Shown here: positions 1 through 10,176 of the stretch, piece by piece
How positions within the stretch are numbered: position 1 is the stretch's first letter
Layout of the letters: each line of letters opens with the position of its first letter
Assembly: GCA_963813335.1 (NCBI GenBank)
Contig: CAWEYL010000001.1
Location: forward strand, 800,001 to 864,000
Direction of reading: 5' to 3'
Length of the DNA stretch: 64,000 nucleotides
DNA from: an uncultured Chloroflexia bacterium
GTDB lineage: Bacteria > Chloroflexota > Limnocylindria > Limnocylindrales > CSP1-4
Made by a program: the position numbers and the translations under genes
The notes under the pieces: model-generated
Databases searched by the model: none
Told to the model about the DNA's origin: nothing
The model's input: the letters and a program-made list of their open reading frames with translations, nothing else

Positions 1-36
1 GGCCAACAGGGCCACCGCCACGACCTGTGCGTCCAT
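1..36 (-). CDS. 5' fragment of a membrane-anchored protein, possibly ribonuclease Y (runs off window)
   Basis: GGAGG RBS then ATG; MDAQVVAVALLA is a hydrophobic start; recA-recX-rny order is common. Confidence 0.45.
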   Translation of the reverse strand, partial: MDAQVVAVALLA

Positions 37-218
37 CAGTGAATCCTCCCATCCGACCGATCGATTCGATCGGAGGTCATCTGTACGGGTTCGGTCGGCC
101 TCGACCGCGAGAAGGGGGCCCAGGGACGCTCGGATGCGTCCTTGATCCCCGGTGGGCCGCGATCGAGCCCGGGCTGGGTCGCAACGCCGCTCAGCGGCGC
201 TGTTGATGTCTGCTGCGT

Positions 219-247
219 AGCCTACGTTCCGCGGCGCAGAGGGTCAA
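219..247 (-). promoter_or_regulatory. Sigma70-type promoter
   Basis: TTGACC-17 nt-TAGGCT on the minus strand, about 180 nt upstream of the ATG at 36. Confidence 0.55.
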
Positions 248-600
248 CCGAACGCAACCCCGCGGCGATGGAGTGCCGGTGAGGCCAGGCTGCCGGGCCT
301 CGCTCGGCGGTGTTCCCCGGATGCTGGCGTCAGCGACCGCGCCAGGCCGGGGCGACAACGCTCGACCCGACGGAACGGTCTGAGGCCGGTGACGTCACCC
401 GTGACCCAACGGACGCGGCTGCGGGTTCCGTACGACCCCGATCCACGATCCTGACCCGCGACGAGACCGTGGCGCAGGCGCGATGCCGTGCGTGGGCGGA
501 TGCAGAGGTCGCCTCGCGTCGCGGGTTCGGCCGTGCGACGTGGTCCCGGTATCGGCCATAACGATCCACGCATGAGCGTCGTGCCGGGTTCCGTGCCGCG

Positions 601-1014
601 CTACGAGTCTGCGACGGCCGCAGTCACGATCGTGCCCTGGTGGTAGAGGATCACCCACCGGCCGTCGCGCCGCTGCCACACGGTCAGGCGGCGCGTGACC
701 CGGGCGTCCTGGCGGAGCGTGTACGTCAGGAGGTACGTGTCCGGCGCGACCTCGCGGCAGTCGAACCCGCTGGTCCCCCACGCGTCGCTCGCCGCGTACT
801 CCGGTTCCGCGTAACGCGCCTCGAGCACGCTCCACACCGTCTCGCGGTCGTAGATCGCCCCCGAGGCCCCGACCTCAAAGAAGTCCGGCGCCGTCTGCGC
901 CTCGAAGTCGGCGCGGCTCGTGCCCAGCTCGAGCCGATGAAAGATGGGCTCGCGCGCGATCAGCTCCGCGAGGACGTCGTCGGGCCGCGAGTCGGTCATC
1001 GGAGAGCCGGACAT
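601..1014 (-). CDS. DUF4440 / NTF2-like protein
   Basis: REPIFHR...DFFEVGASG...W.ILYHQGT pattern. Confidence 0.8.
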   Translation of the reverse strand: MSGSPMTDSRPDDVLAELIAREPIFHRLELGTSRADFEAQTAPDFFEVGASGAIYDRETVWSVLEARYAEPEYAASDAWGTSGFDCREVAPDTYLLTYTLRQDARVTRRLTVWQRRDGRWVILYHQGTIVTAAVADS

Positions 1015-1024
1015 CACCGCCTCC

Positions 1025-1417
1025 CTACGGCAGGAACGTGATCTCGCCGCACGTCTGCCAGGTGGCCGGCGCGACCTCACCGCCCCCGATCGCGACGTGG
1101 TCGCCGACCTTGGCGATCCGCTGGCCGTTCTCGTTCGTGACGAAGGCCGGGTCGCCGGTGACGCCGACGAAGCCTGCCGGCCAGATGATCGCGTACCGGG
1201 TTCCGTCGCCGTCGCTGACGATGCCGATCCCCGACCGCTCCTCCCGGACGAGGACGCCTTCGAGGAGCGCCGTCATGCACGCCGGCGGGGAACCCGGACC
1301 CGGCGGCTCGGCCGTCCGGAGCGAAATCGTCGGGACCGGATCGACCATATAGGCACCACAACCCAGGAGGCTCGCCGCCAGCACCCCGACCAACGCGCCG
1401 CGGACGAGGGCCATCAT
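1025..1417 (-). CDS. Hypothetical lipoprotein
   Basis: Signal peptide with LLGC lipobox; ATGA overlap with recX stop. Confidence 0.6.
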   Translation of the reverse strand: MMALVRGALVGVLAASLLGCGAYMVDPVPTISLRTAEPPGPGSPPACMTALLEGVLVREERSGIGIVSDGDGTRYAIIWPAGFVGVTGDPAFVTNENGQRIAKVGDHVAIGGGEVAPATWQTCGEITFLP

Positions 1418-2064
1418 CCGGGATCCCCCTCCCCGATCTCGTCGAGGTCGCCCACGGTCGCGGCCAGCTCGCGGCAGGTCTCCGGGTCGAACCCGTTCCG
1501 TGCCAGCAGCGCGTACGCCCGCTGCCGTCGCTGCCGGGGGTCGACGACGCGGGCCAGCGCCCGGGCATGCTTCCGGATCAGCCGTTCCGCGGCCGTCCGG
1601 TCCGGCGAGTCGCCAACGGAGCCGTCATCGGCCGGGGCCACGGCCTCCCGGCGCTCCCCCAGGACGAGGTCGACCGTCGTGCGATCGATGCCCTTGAGCC
1701 GGAGCTCGTCGCGGATCGCCCGCTCGCCGCGCGGTCGGGCGCGGTCGCGCGACTCCACCCAGGCCCGCGTGAACGCCTCGTCGTCGAGCATCCCGAGGTC
1801 GAGCAGGCGGGCGATCGCGCCGTCGACCAGGTCCGTCCGATAGCCCGCCGACGACAATCGCCGCCGGACCTCGGCCACCGATCTCGAGCGTGCCTCGAGG
1901 AAACGCGCCGCCGCCTCGAGCACGACCTGTGGGTCGTCCACCTCGGCACGGCGCGCCCGCCGCTCCGCGTACGTTTCGCGGGGTGCGCGCGGCTGCCGGC
2001 GACGGCCGTCTGCCCTGACCTGCCGGTCGCCTTCGCTCAGAACGGCTTGGCCAGCATCAGACAC
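1414..2064 (-). CDS. recX: Regulatory protein RecX (start uncertain)
   Basis: ARFLEARSRSVAEVRRRL, LDDEAF, ELRLKGI, LLARNGF helical repeats; downstream of recA. Confidence 0.9.
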   Translation of the reverse strand: MSDAGQAVLSEGDRQVRADGRRRQPRAPRETYAERRARRAEVDDPQVVLEAAARFLEARSRSVAEVRRRLSSAGYRTDLVDGAIARLLDLGMLDDEAFTRAWVESRDRARPRGERAIRDELRLKGIDRTTVDLVLGERREAVAPADDGSVGDSPDRTAAERLIRKHARALARVVDPRQRRQRAYALLARNGFDPETCRELAATVGDLDEIGEGDPG

Positions 2065-2528
2065 AGGATGACCGTGACCGCGCCGAGCTCGTAGAGGTGG
2101 GCCGCGCGGGTGACCGGGTCATGCCAGGCGAGCTGGAGCTCCGGTGTGACGACGCCCTGCCGCTCCGCTTCCGCCAGTGCCGCCCCGAAGACCCTGCCTC
2201 GAGGAAGGAAGACGAGCGGGATCAGCGGCATGATCGAAAGGAAGAGCAGCAAGGACACGAACAGCCAGTCAACGCTCCCGCCCGTGATCGGCCCGAGCAC
2301 GGAGCGACCCTCGGCGAAAGCCGCCACGATGCCGAGCACGAGGACGACGCTCGAGCCCACGATGACCAGCTGCTCGAACGGGCCGGCGGCTGCGGTCAGG
2401 GTCTTCATCGTTGGGAGATCGGCCGACCTGGCAGCGGCGCCCAGGATCATCCAGCGGCCGACGAGACCGACGATGAACCCGACCGCGACCAGGGCGTGCG
2501 CGAGGACGATGACCGTGGACAGACTCAT
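2037..2528 (-). CDS. DUF2269-like membrane protein
   Basis: Four TM segments, N-terminal His, C-terminal LMLAKPF. Confidence 0.7.
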   Translation of the reverse strand: MSLSTVIVLAHALVAVGFIVGLVGRWMILGAAARSADLPTMKTLTAAAGPFEQLVIVGSSVVLVLGIVAAFAEGRSVLGPITGGSVDWLFVSLLLFLSIMPLIPLVFLPRGRVFGAALAEAERQGVVTPELQLAWHDPVTRAAHLYELGAVTVILCLMLAKPF

Positions 2529-2543
2529 CGACCCGAACCTCGC

Positions 2544-3611
2544 CTACTCCGCCTCTTCGATGCCCTCGACCGGGATCTTCACGTCGTTGATCTTGCCGCG
2601 GATGCGGCCCTCGATCTCGTCGGCGACGACCTTGTTCCCCTTGAGGAACTCCTTGGACGCCTCACGGCCCTGACCGAGCCGCGTCTCCCCGAAGTTGAAC
2701 CAGGCGCCGGTCTTGCTGACGACGTCCATCGCGACGCCGACGTCCAGCAGCCCGCCCTCCTTGGAGATGCCCTCGCCGTACATGACGTCGAACTCGGCGA
2801 CGCGGAACGGCGGCGCGACCTTGTTCTTCACGACCTTGACGCGGACCCGGTTGCCGACCGACTCGGTGCCGGTCTTGATGGTCTCGACGCGGCGGATGTC
2901 GAGCCGCACGGACGCGTAGAACTTCAGCGCCCGGCCGCCCGGGGTGGTCTCCGGGTTGCCGAACATGACGCCGATCTTCTCGCGCAGCTGGTTCGTGAAG
3001 ACCAGCGACGTGTTGGAGCGCGACACGGCGCCGGTCAGCTTGCGCAGCGCCTGGCTCATGAGCCGGGCCTGGATGCCGACGAACGAGTCGCCCATCTCGC
3101 CCTCGATCTCGGCACGCGGCACGAGGGCCGCCACCGAGTCGACCACGACGATGTCGATGCCGCCGGAGCGGATCAGTGTCTCGGTGATCTCGAGCGCCTG
3201 CTCGCCGGTGTCCGGCTGGCTGACGAGGAGCTCGTCCACGTTGACACCGCAGGCGCGCGCATAGCCCGGATCGAGCGCGTGCTCGACGTCGATGAACGCG
3301 GCCACGCCGCCGCGGGCCTGCGCCTCGGCGATGACGTGCTGGCAGACGGTGGTCTTGCCCGACGACTCGGGGCCGAAGATCTCGGTGATGCGGCCGCGCG
3401 GGATGCCGCCGACGCCGAGCGCCAGGTCGAGCGCGATCGACCCGGTCGGGATGTGGTCGATCTCCTGCTGCTCGCGCGAGCCGAGCTTCATGATCGCCCC
3501 GCGCCCGAACTGCTTCTCGATGCTCAGCAGCGCCGCATCCACGGCCTTGCTGCGTTCGCTCAGCGCCCGCTCCGCTGCTCGCTCGGTGTTCCGCTCGTCG
3601 GTCATCGCCAT
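2544..3611 (-). CDS. recA: Recombinase RecA
   Basis: [27 protein letters not shown] motifs. Confidence 0.99.
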   Translation of the reverse strand: MAMTDERNTERAAERALSERSKAVDAALLSIEKQFGRGAIMKLGSREQQEIDHIPTGSIALDLALGVGGIPRGRITEIFGPESSGKTTVCQHVIAEAQARGGVAAFIDVEHALDPGYARACGVNVDELLVSQPDTGEQALEITETLIRSGGIDIVVVDSVAALVPRAEIEGEMGDSFVGIQARLMSQALRKLTGAVSRSNTSLVFTNQLREKIGVMFGNPETTPGGRALKFYASVRLDIRRVETIKTGTESVGNRVRVKVVKNKVAPPFRVAEFDVMYGEGISKEGGLLDVGVAMDVVSKTGAWFNFGETRLGQGREASKEFLKGNKVVADEIEGRIRGKINDVKIPVEGIEEAE

Positions 3612-3683
3612 CAGTCCGTCACGCTCCTCATCGATCCGTGCGACCGGTCATCGGAGCGGCCGCGATGGCGTCCGTCCTGTCGG

Positions 3684-3848
3684 TCAGGCTTCCTCGTCGT
3701 AGTCGACGACGGCCGGCTTCTCCTTGCGCGGCTTGCGGATCACCTCGACGTTCTGTGGCGGGTCCGCGAGCGGCGACAGGCTCGGCTGTCCGCTCTTCGC
3801 CTTCGGCTTCTTCTTGGCCTCTTTGCCAGGACGGTTCCGCGAGCCCAT
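3684..3848 (-). CDS. Small 54-aa Lys/Pro-rich protein (absent from ORF track)
   Basis: GGAGG RBS; MGSRNRPGKEAKKKPKAKSGQPSLSPLADPPQNVEVIRKPRKEKPAVVDYDEEA; mostly G/C third codon positions. Confidence 0.7.
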   Translation of the reverse strand: MGSRNRPGKEAKKKPKAKSGQPSLSPLADPPQNVEVIRKPRKEKPAVVDYDEEA

Positions 3849-3890
3849 GGCTGTGCCTCCGCGTCGAGATGCAGGCTACCGGTCGACCCT

Positions 3891-5063
3891 TCACGCGGAC
3901 TTATCGGCCCCTTCACCGTCGCTCATCCGGCCCGCGCGAGCACGCAACTCGGCCATCGATGCGGGGAAGGTCCCGGCCCTGATGGAGGCCCTGACCCTGG
4001 CCATGAAGTCTAGGGTGAAGGTCAGGTTGTGACAAGTCGCGAGCCGGTACGCGAGCAGCTCCTTGGCCCGGAACAGATGGGCCAGGTACGCCCGCGAGAA
4101 GCGGCGGCAGAGCAGGCACGGACAGTCGTCCTGGACCGGGTTCGGGTCGTCCATGTAGGCGCGGTTGCGGATGTTCAGGCGCCCGCCTGGGATCCACAGC
4201 TGGCCGTTCCGCGCGACCCTCGCCGGGAGCACCGAATCGAACAGGTCCACGCCGCGGTGGACGGCCTCCAGCAGGTCCGCGGGCGACCCGAGCCCCATGA
4301 GATAGCGCGGCCGTGGATCGTCGTCGAGCAGCGGGACCGCGAGGTCGAGCGTCGCGTCGCGCTGGGCGGGCGTCTCGTCGCCGGCCAGGCCGCCGAGGCA
4401 GATCCCGTCGAACGGCAGGCTGGCGATGAACTCGGTCGATGCGGCGCGCAGCTCCGGGTCGAGCCCGCCCTGGACGATGCCGAACAGCGCCTGGTCCGCC
4501 CGGCTGTGGGCCGCCAGCGAGCGCTCCGCCCAGCGGTGGGTCCGCTCGGTCGCATCCGCCACGACGGCCCGCGGCGAGCTCGGGAAGACCGGCTGGTCGA
4601 ACGCGACCGCGATGTCCGACCCGAGCGCCTCCTGGGCGGCGATGGCGACCTCCGGCGTGAACCGGTGGGTCGAGCCGTCGAGATGGCTGCGGAAGGTGAC
4701 GCCATCCTCGTCGACGACGCGCAGGTCGCCCAGCGAGACGACCTGGAACCCGCCCGAGTCGGTGAGGATCGGGCGGTCCCAGTCCATGAACCGGTGCAAG
4801 CCCCCGAGCCGGGCCACGCGCTCGTGGCCGGGCCGCAGGTAGAGGTGGTAGGTGTTGGCCAGGATGATCGAGGCGCCGGTCTCGCGGATCTCGTCGGGCG
4901 AGAGGGCCTTGACCGTGGCGTTGGTGCCGACCGGCATGAACTGCGGCGTCTCGACGACGCCGTGGGTGAGCGTCAGCGTCCCCGTCCTGGCGCGGGTGGC
5001 CCCGCTCCGCGGCGGCGGGGTGCTGACCTCGAAGCGCGCGGCCCCGCCGGCGGGCGCCGTCAC
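3891..5063 (-). CDS. tgt: tRNA-guanine transglycosylase
   Basis: [29 protein letters not shown] Zn site; GTG start overlaps ruvB stop. Confidence 0.97.
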   Translation of the reverse strand: MTAPAGGAARFEVSTPPPRSGATRARTGTLTLTHGVVETPQFMPVGTNATVKALSPDEIRETGASIILANTYHLYLRPGHERVARLGGLHRFMDWDRPILTDSGGFQVVSLGDLRVVDEDGVTFRSHLDGSTHRFTPEVAIAAQEALGSDIAVAFDQPVFPSSPRAVVADATERTHRWAERSLAAHSRADQALFGIVQGGLDPELRAASTEFIASLPFDGICLGGLAGDETPAQRDATLDLAVPLLDDDPRPRYLMGLGSPADLLEAVHRGVDLFDSVLPARVARNGQLWIPGGRLNIRNRAYMDDPNPVQDDCPCLLCRRFSRAYLAHLFRAKELLAYRLATCHNLTFTLDFMARVRASIRAGTFPASMAELRARAGRMSDGEGADKSA

Positions 5064-6142
5064 GCCTCGGGTCCGGGCAGCGGGTCGTCCCACAGGCCGG
5101 GCATGCCCGGCTCGGCTCGGCGCGGCGGCGGGATCTCGTAGCCGAGGCCCGAGAGGTGGGCGCGTGCCAGGTCCGTGGCGATGCGCCCCTGCGGCGTGCG
5201 GTCGATGAACCCCAGGCGCAGCAGGAACGGCTCGTAGACGTCCTCGATGGTCTCGATCTCCTCGGACAGGACGGCGGCGAGCGCCGCCACCCCGACCGGC
5301 CCGGAAGCGAACTTCTGGACGATCGCGGCCAGCAGCTTGCGATCGGTCGAATCGAGGCCCTCGTCGTCGATCTCCATCGCGCGCATGGCCTCGCGCGCGG
5401 TCGCCTCGTCCACCCGGCCGTCGCCGTGGACCTCGGCGTGGTCGCGGACGCGCTTGAGCAGCCGGTTCACGATGCGCGGCGTGCCGCGGCCGCGCCGCGC
5501 GATCGCCCGTGCCGCCGACGGCTCGATCTGGACGCCCAGGATCGCCGCCGACCGGTCGACGATCGCCATCAGCTCGTCGTCCGTGTAGAAGTCGAGTCGG
5601 TACGTCGCGCCGAAGCGGTCGCGCAGCGGTCCGCTGATCCGGCCGGCACGGGTGGTGGCCCCCACGACGGTGAACGGCTTGAGGCTCAGCCGTAGGCTCC
5701 GGGCGCTGGGGCCCTTGCCGATCATGACGTCGAGCGCGTAGTCCTCCATGGCCGGGTAGAGGATCTCCTCGACGGCGCGGTTCAGGCGGTGGATCTCGTC
5801 GATGAACAGGACGTCGTGGTCGTCGAGCGAGGTCAGCACCGAGGCGAGGTCGCCGGCCCGCTCGATGGCCGGGCCGGAGGTGTAGCGCACGTTCACGCCG
5901 AGCTCGCGTGCCACGATCGTCGCGAGCGTGGTCTTGCCGAGCCCCGGCGGGCCGTACAGCAGGATGTGGTCCGCGGCCTCTCCCCTGCCCTTCGCGGCCG
6001 TCAGCAGGACCAAGAGGTTGGCCTTGACCTCGCGCTGGCCGATGTATTCGTCGAGGGTCCGCGGTCGAAGGGTGCCTTCGACGACGAGGTCCGCCTCGTC
6101 CGCTGGCTCCGCCGACAGGATGCGCGAAAGGTCGTCCGCCAT
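5060..6142 (-). CDS. ruvB: Holliday junction helicase RuvB
   Basis: [31 protein letters not shown]. Confidence 0.98.
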   Translation of the reverse strand: MADDLSRILSAEPADEADLVVEGTLRPRTLDEYIGQREVKANLLVLLTAAKGRGEAADHILLYGPPGLGKTTLATIVARELGVNVRYTSGPAIERAGDLASVLTSLDDHDVLFIDEIHRLNRAVEEILYPAMEDYALDVMIGKGPSARSLRLSLKPFTVVGATTRAGRISGPLRDRFGATYRLDFYTDDELMAIVDRSAAILGVQIEPSAARAIARRGRGTPRIVNRLLKRVRDHAEVHGDGRVDEATAREAMRAMEIDDEGLDSTDRKLLAAIVQKFASGPVGVAALAAVLSEEIETIEDVYEPFLLRLGFIDRTPQGRIATDLARAHLSGLGYEIPPPRRAEPGMPGLWDDPLPGPEA

Positions 6143-6175
6143 ACCCCCGGAATATAGCACAGGACGACGGCAAAT

Positions 6176-6189
6176 CGCACGCATGTTCT
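6176..6189 (-). promoter_or_regulatory. Putative LexA (SOS) box upstream of ruvB
   Basis: AGAAC-ATGC-GTGCG, one mismatch to the GAAC-N4-GTTC core, just upstream of an extended -10 (TGcTATATT). Confidence 0.55.
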
Positions 6190-6253
6190 ACACGCGCTGA
6201 CGGCGCTCCGAACTCCGAGTACGAAGGTAGGGCTTCGGCGCTACGATGCCGGC

Positions 6254-6730
6254 ATGCGCCTCTCCCGCCGCTCCGAGTACGGCCTTCGAGCGCTCACCGA
6301 CCTCGTCCGCCATGCCGACGGCGGACCGATCGCCCTCGCGACGCTCGCCGAGCGGGAGCGGCTCCCGGTCAAGTTCCTCGAGCAGATCATGGCCTCGCTC
6401 AAGCACGCGGGCATCGTGCGCACCACGCTCGGCGCGCACGGCGGGTACGCCCTGGCGGTGGACCCCGCGTCTGTCTCGCTCGGCCGGGTCATCCGGCTGC
6501 TCGACGGGGCGCTGGCGCCGGTCGGCTGCGTCTCGCTGCGCTACTACGAGCCGTGCTCCTGCCCGGACGAGGCGACCTGCGCGCTGCGGGACACGATGAT
6601 CGACGTCCGCGACGCGATCCTCGAGATCCTCGACCGCCAGTCGCTGGCCGACCTGGCCGCGCGGCCGGGTCGGGCACCGATCGACCCGCTCGGCGTCCAT
6701 GCCGACGCGCTGGCGGGCATGCGGCCGTAG
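6254..6730 (+). CDS. Rrf2 family transcriptional regulator
   Basis: MRLSRRSEYGLRAL, G.HGGY, three Cys (CVS...CSCPDEATC). Confidence 0.92.
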   Translation: MRLSRRSEYGLRALTDLVRHADGGPIALATLAERERLPVKFLEQIMASLKHAGIVRTTLGAHGGYALAVDPASVSLGRVIRLLDGALAPVGCVSLRYYEPCSCPDEATCALRDTMIDVRDAILEILDRQSLADLAARPGRAPIDPLGVHADALAGMRP

Positions 6731-6751
6731 CGGCTGCCTGACGTCGTCCCG

Positions 6752-7646
6752 GTGAGCACCGCCACGCCCGGCACGCTGCTGCGCCTCGCCGCGTTCACGA
6801 CCGACCCCGCCGGCGGCAATCCGGCCGGTGTCTGGATCGGTGACGACCTGCCGCCGGCCGCGGAGATGCAGCGGATCGCGGCCGAGGTCGGCTATTCGGA
6901 GACCGCCTTCCTCGCGCCGGACGGGTCGGGCGAGCCAGGCCGTCTACGGGTCCGCTACTTCAGCCCGCTCGCGGAAGTCCCGTTCTGCGGCCACGCCACG
7001 ATCGCGGCGGGCGTGGCCCTCGCGGCGGGCGGGTTCGCAACGCCTGGCGCCACCGCTGCCGATCCCCGGCAGGTCGTCCTGACCACCAACGACGGCGAGG
7101 TCCCCGTCGGCGTCACGGTCGATGGAGACGGGCTCGCGACAGCGACCCTCACCTCGGTCGAGCCGTGGGTCCGCGACGCGCCGGCGGCCCTCGTCGACCG
7201 CACGCTCGACTTCCTCGACTGGCGCCTCGACGAGCTGGACCCCTCGCTCCCGCCGGCGATCGCGTTTGCCGGCGCGAAGCACCTGGTCCTCGCGGTCGCC
7301 GACCTCGAAACGCTGGGCCGGATGGCGTACCCGTTCGAGCTGATGAAGGCGCTGATGCACGAGCATGACCTGACCACGATCCAGCTGGTCTGGCGCGAGG
7401 GGCCGCGGCGCTTCCGGGCGCGCGACCCGTTCGCGGTCGGCGGCGTCGTCGAGGATCCGGCGACCGGCGCGGCCGCCGCTGCGTTCGGCGCGTACCTGCG
7501 GCACGTCGGCGCGATCGAACCGCCGGCGACCTTCGAGATCGTCCAGGGCGTGGAGATGGGCCGTCCGAGCCGCCTCACGGTCGAGGATCGTGACCGGCGA
7601 CTCGCGGGTCCGCGTCTCCGGCACCGCGGTCGCGATCGCGGGCTAG
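6752..7646 (+). CDS. PhzF family isomerase (frameshift near 7587)
   Basis: GGNPAGV, YSETAF, EVPFCGHAT, EDPATG, QGVEMGRPS; tail RVRVSGTAV is in a shifted frame. Confidence 0.9.
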
Positions 7647-7718
7647 GTCGGATCCTCCAGGCCCGCGCGGACGAACCCGGCTCTGACGGCTGGGGCTCGC
7701 TCCCGGACAGTCGGGTCC

Positions 7719-8062
7719 ATGAACGACGGTGGCGCGTCCAGGCCCATCATCGACGCGCGCTCGGGATCCCGCTGGTGGTGCTGTCGGAACGCGGCGGCGG
7801 GCTGCGGACAGGTCGATCGGATGACCGGTCGAATACGTCTACAACTCACCGGGACGCCGGTCACGATCTCCTACGTCGACAGGGGCCAGTACGCGCCAGA
7901 TCTCAGTGCCGATCGCGGCCAGGGCCGTGCGATCCTCGGCTCGTTCGACGGCGGGTGCTCGATGGGCGTGCTGCTCGCGGCCGATCCACCGGGCCGCGAG
8001 GTCACGCGGCTCGACACGCCGCTGTGCGCGGGCGACTCCTGGGAGATCGGGACGCGACCTGA
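7719..8062 (+). CDS. Possible small lipoprotein, broken by indels
   Basis: Fragments RRALGIPLVVLS / AAAGCGQ / GTPVTISYVD... spread across frames. Confidence 0.3.
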
Positions 8063-8094
8063 CCGCGTCGCCGTGACCGCGCTCGGGCGGAGCC

Positions 8095-8696
8095 TCAGTC
8101 CCGTGACGAGGCTCCGCAGCGCGGCCTTGACCCGCTCCTCGAGCGTGCTCGCCACGCCGACATCGGCGAGCGCCGTCGCGCGACGCCTCGCGCGCCTCGC
8201 CGAGCGAGTAGCCGAGCGCCTGCAGCGCGGCGACGATCTCGCCTTCGCTCGGCTGCCCCGCCAGCCACCGACGGTCCCTGCGGCGGCCACGCCGGCGGCG
8301 GTCACCTTCTCCTTGAGCTCGAAGATGATCCGCTCGGCCAGCTTCTTGCCGATCCCGGGGATCGCCACGAGCACGGCCTGGTCCTGGGTCATGATCGCGA
8401 GCTGGAGGTCGGCGGTCGGGCGGCTGCCGACGATCGCGAGGGCCACCTTCGGCCCGACGCCGTTGACGGTCAGCAGCAGCGTGAAGAAGCCCAGCTCGTC
8501 GGCGCTGCGGAAGCCGTACAGCGCCTGCTGGTCCTCGCGGACCAGGTGGTAGGTGTGGAGCTTGAGCCGGCCGCCCGGCACGGCCGCAGGCGAGGATCGC
8601 GGGCGACGCGAACACCTGGTAGCCGAGCCCGCCGACCTCGATGACGACCGAATCGAACGCGACCGCGCCGACCGTGCCCTCGACCGACGCGATCAT
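8095..8696 (-). CDS. ruvA: RuvA (several frameshifts)
   Basis: MIASVEG, LYGF, VNGVGPKVAL, IPGIGKKLAERI, ALQALGY. Confidence 0.93.
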
Positions 8697-8713
8697 CGCG
8701 CGCTCGCGCCGGC

Positions 8714-9329
8714 CTAGGACGCGCTGCGCTTGGCGGCGCGCGCCGCGCCGCGCTCGGCGGCGAGCGCCTCGCGGACGGCCCGGTCGTAGCTCGACTCGCC
8801 GCGGCTGATCGGCGCGACGGCGGCGCGGTCGAGGACCGCGGCACTCGGCGACCACCCCGTCGCGCTCGGCGTTGGCCGCCCAGGTCGCGATCGCGAGCGC
8901 GTCGGCGGCGTCGTCGGGTCGTGGCAGGTCGCTCATCCCGAGGACCAGCTGGACCATCCGCGCGACCTGCGCCTTGTCGGCGGCGCCGTAGCCGGTCACC
9001 GCGACCTTGACCTCGCTCGGGGTCGCCTCGCGGACGGCGGTCCCGTGCTGCGCGGCGGCGAGCAGGACGACGCCGCGGGCCTGGCCGACCGCGAAGGCCG
9101 TCTGCGCGTTGCGCGAGAAGAAGAGGCGCTCCACGGCGACGAGATCCGGCTGGTGCAGCCCGATCAGCTCGTCGACGAGGGCATGGATCCGCAGGAGCCG
9201 CTCGGGCATCGAGAGGTCCGGGCTCGTGACCAGGCACCCGTGGTCGACCTCGCGCAAGCGCCCGGCGGACCGCTCGACGATCCCGTACCCCAGCGCGGCG
9301 GTCCCCGGGTCGATCCCGAGGACGATCAC
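8714..9329 (-). CDS. ruvC: Crossover junction endonuclease RuvC (frameshift near 8850)
   Basis: LGIDPG, VGQARGV, TGYGAADK, PDDAADALAIA. Confidence 0.95.
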
Positions 9330-10078
9330 CCGGCGACCTCGGCGAAGACGTCCTCGGGGATGTCGAAGTTGGCGGTGACCCGCGAGACGTCGTCGAGGTC
9401 CTCGAGCAGCTCCACGAGCCGCAGGGCCTGGCGCGCCTTGGACGAATCGAGCTCGACGGTCTGCTTGGCGATCATCGTCGACTCGGCCGACTCGACCGGC
9501 ACGCCCGCGCCCTCGAGCGCCTGGCGCACGGCCTGCAGCTCGGCGGGGGCGGTGTAGATCTCGATCGACTCCTCGTCGTCGGTGTCGACGTCCTCCGCGC
9601 CCGCGTCGATCGCCGCGAGGGCGACCTCGTCGGGGTCCTGGCCGGCCTTCGTGACGGAGATCAGGCCACGCGGCTCGAACTGCCAGGCGACCGCGCCGCT
9701 GCCGGCCAGCTGGCCGCCGGACTTGGTGAACATCGAGCGGACCTCGGCCGCGGTCCGGTTGCGATTGTCGGTCTGCGCCTCGACGAGGACCGCGACGCCG
9801 CCGGGGCCGTAGCCCTCGTAGACGATCTCCTCGTACTGGTCGGCCTCACCGGCGCCGGTGGCCTTGTCGATCGTGCGCTTGATGTTGTCGGCGGGCATGT
9901 TGACCGAGCGCGCCTTCTCGATCGCGAGGCGGAGCCGGTAGTTGGCGTCCGGGTCCCCGCCACCCTGCCGGGCGGCGACGCTGATCTCGCGCGCGACCTT
10001 GGTGAACAGGGCGCCGCGCTTGGCATCGGTGATGCCTTTCGCGCGCTTGATCGTGGACCACTTGGAGTGACCTGACAT
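9326..10078 (-). CDS. yebC: YebC/PmpR family protein
   Basis: MSGHSKWSTIK, YEGYGPGG, TDNRNRT. Confidence 0.97.
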   Translation of the reverse strand: MSGHSKWSTIKRAKGITDAKRGALFTKVAREISVAARQGGGDPDANYRLRLAIEKARSVNMPADNIKRTIDKATGAGEADQYEEIVYEGYGPGGVAVLVEAQTDNRNRTAAEVRSMFTKSGGQLAGSGAVAWQFEPRGLISVTKAGQDPDEVALAAIDAGAEDVDTDDEESIEIYTAPAELQAVRQALEGAGVPVESAESTMIAKQTVELDSSKARQALRLVELLEDLDDVSRVTANFDIPEDVFAEVAG

Positions 10079-10176
10079 CGCGGGCCGGAGTATAACCGCA
10101 CTATGATGGCGAGAGCCCCTCGGCCCGAGTCACGACCTCCGACTACCCATGCCGACCAGGAGGACCGTCGATCCCG

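Noticed and set aside
250-600. Short ORFs or ncRNA in the intergenic stretch
   Set aside because: No clear RBS, family motif or RNA structure recognisable by eye
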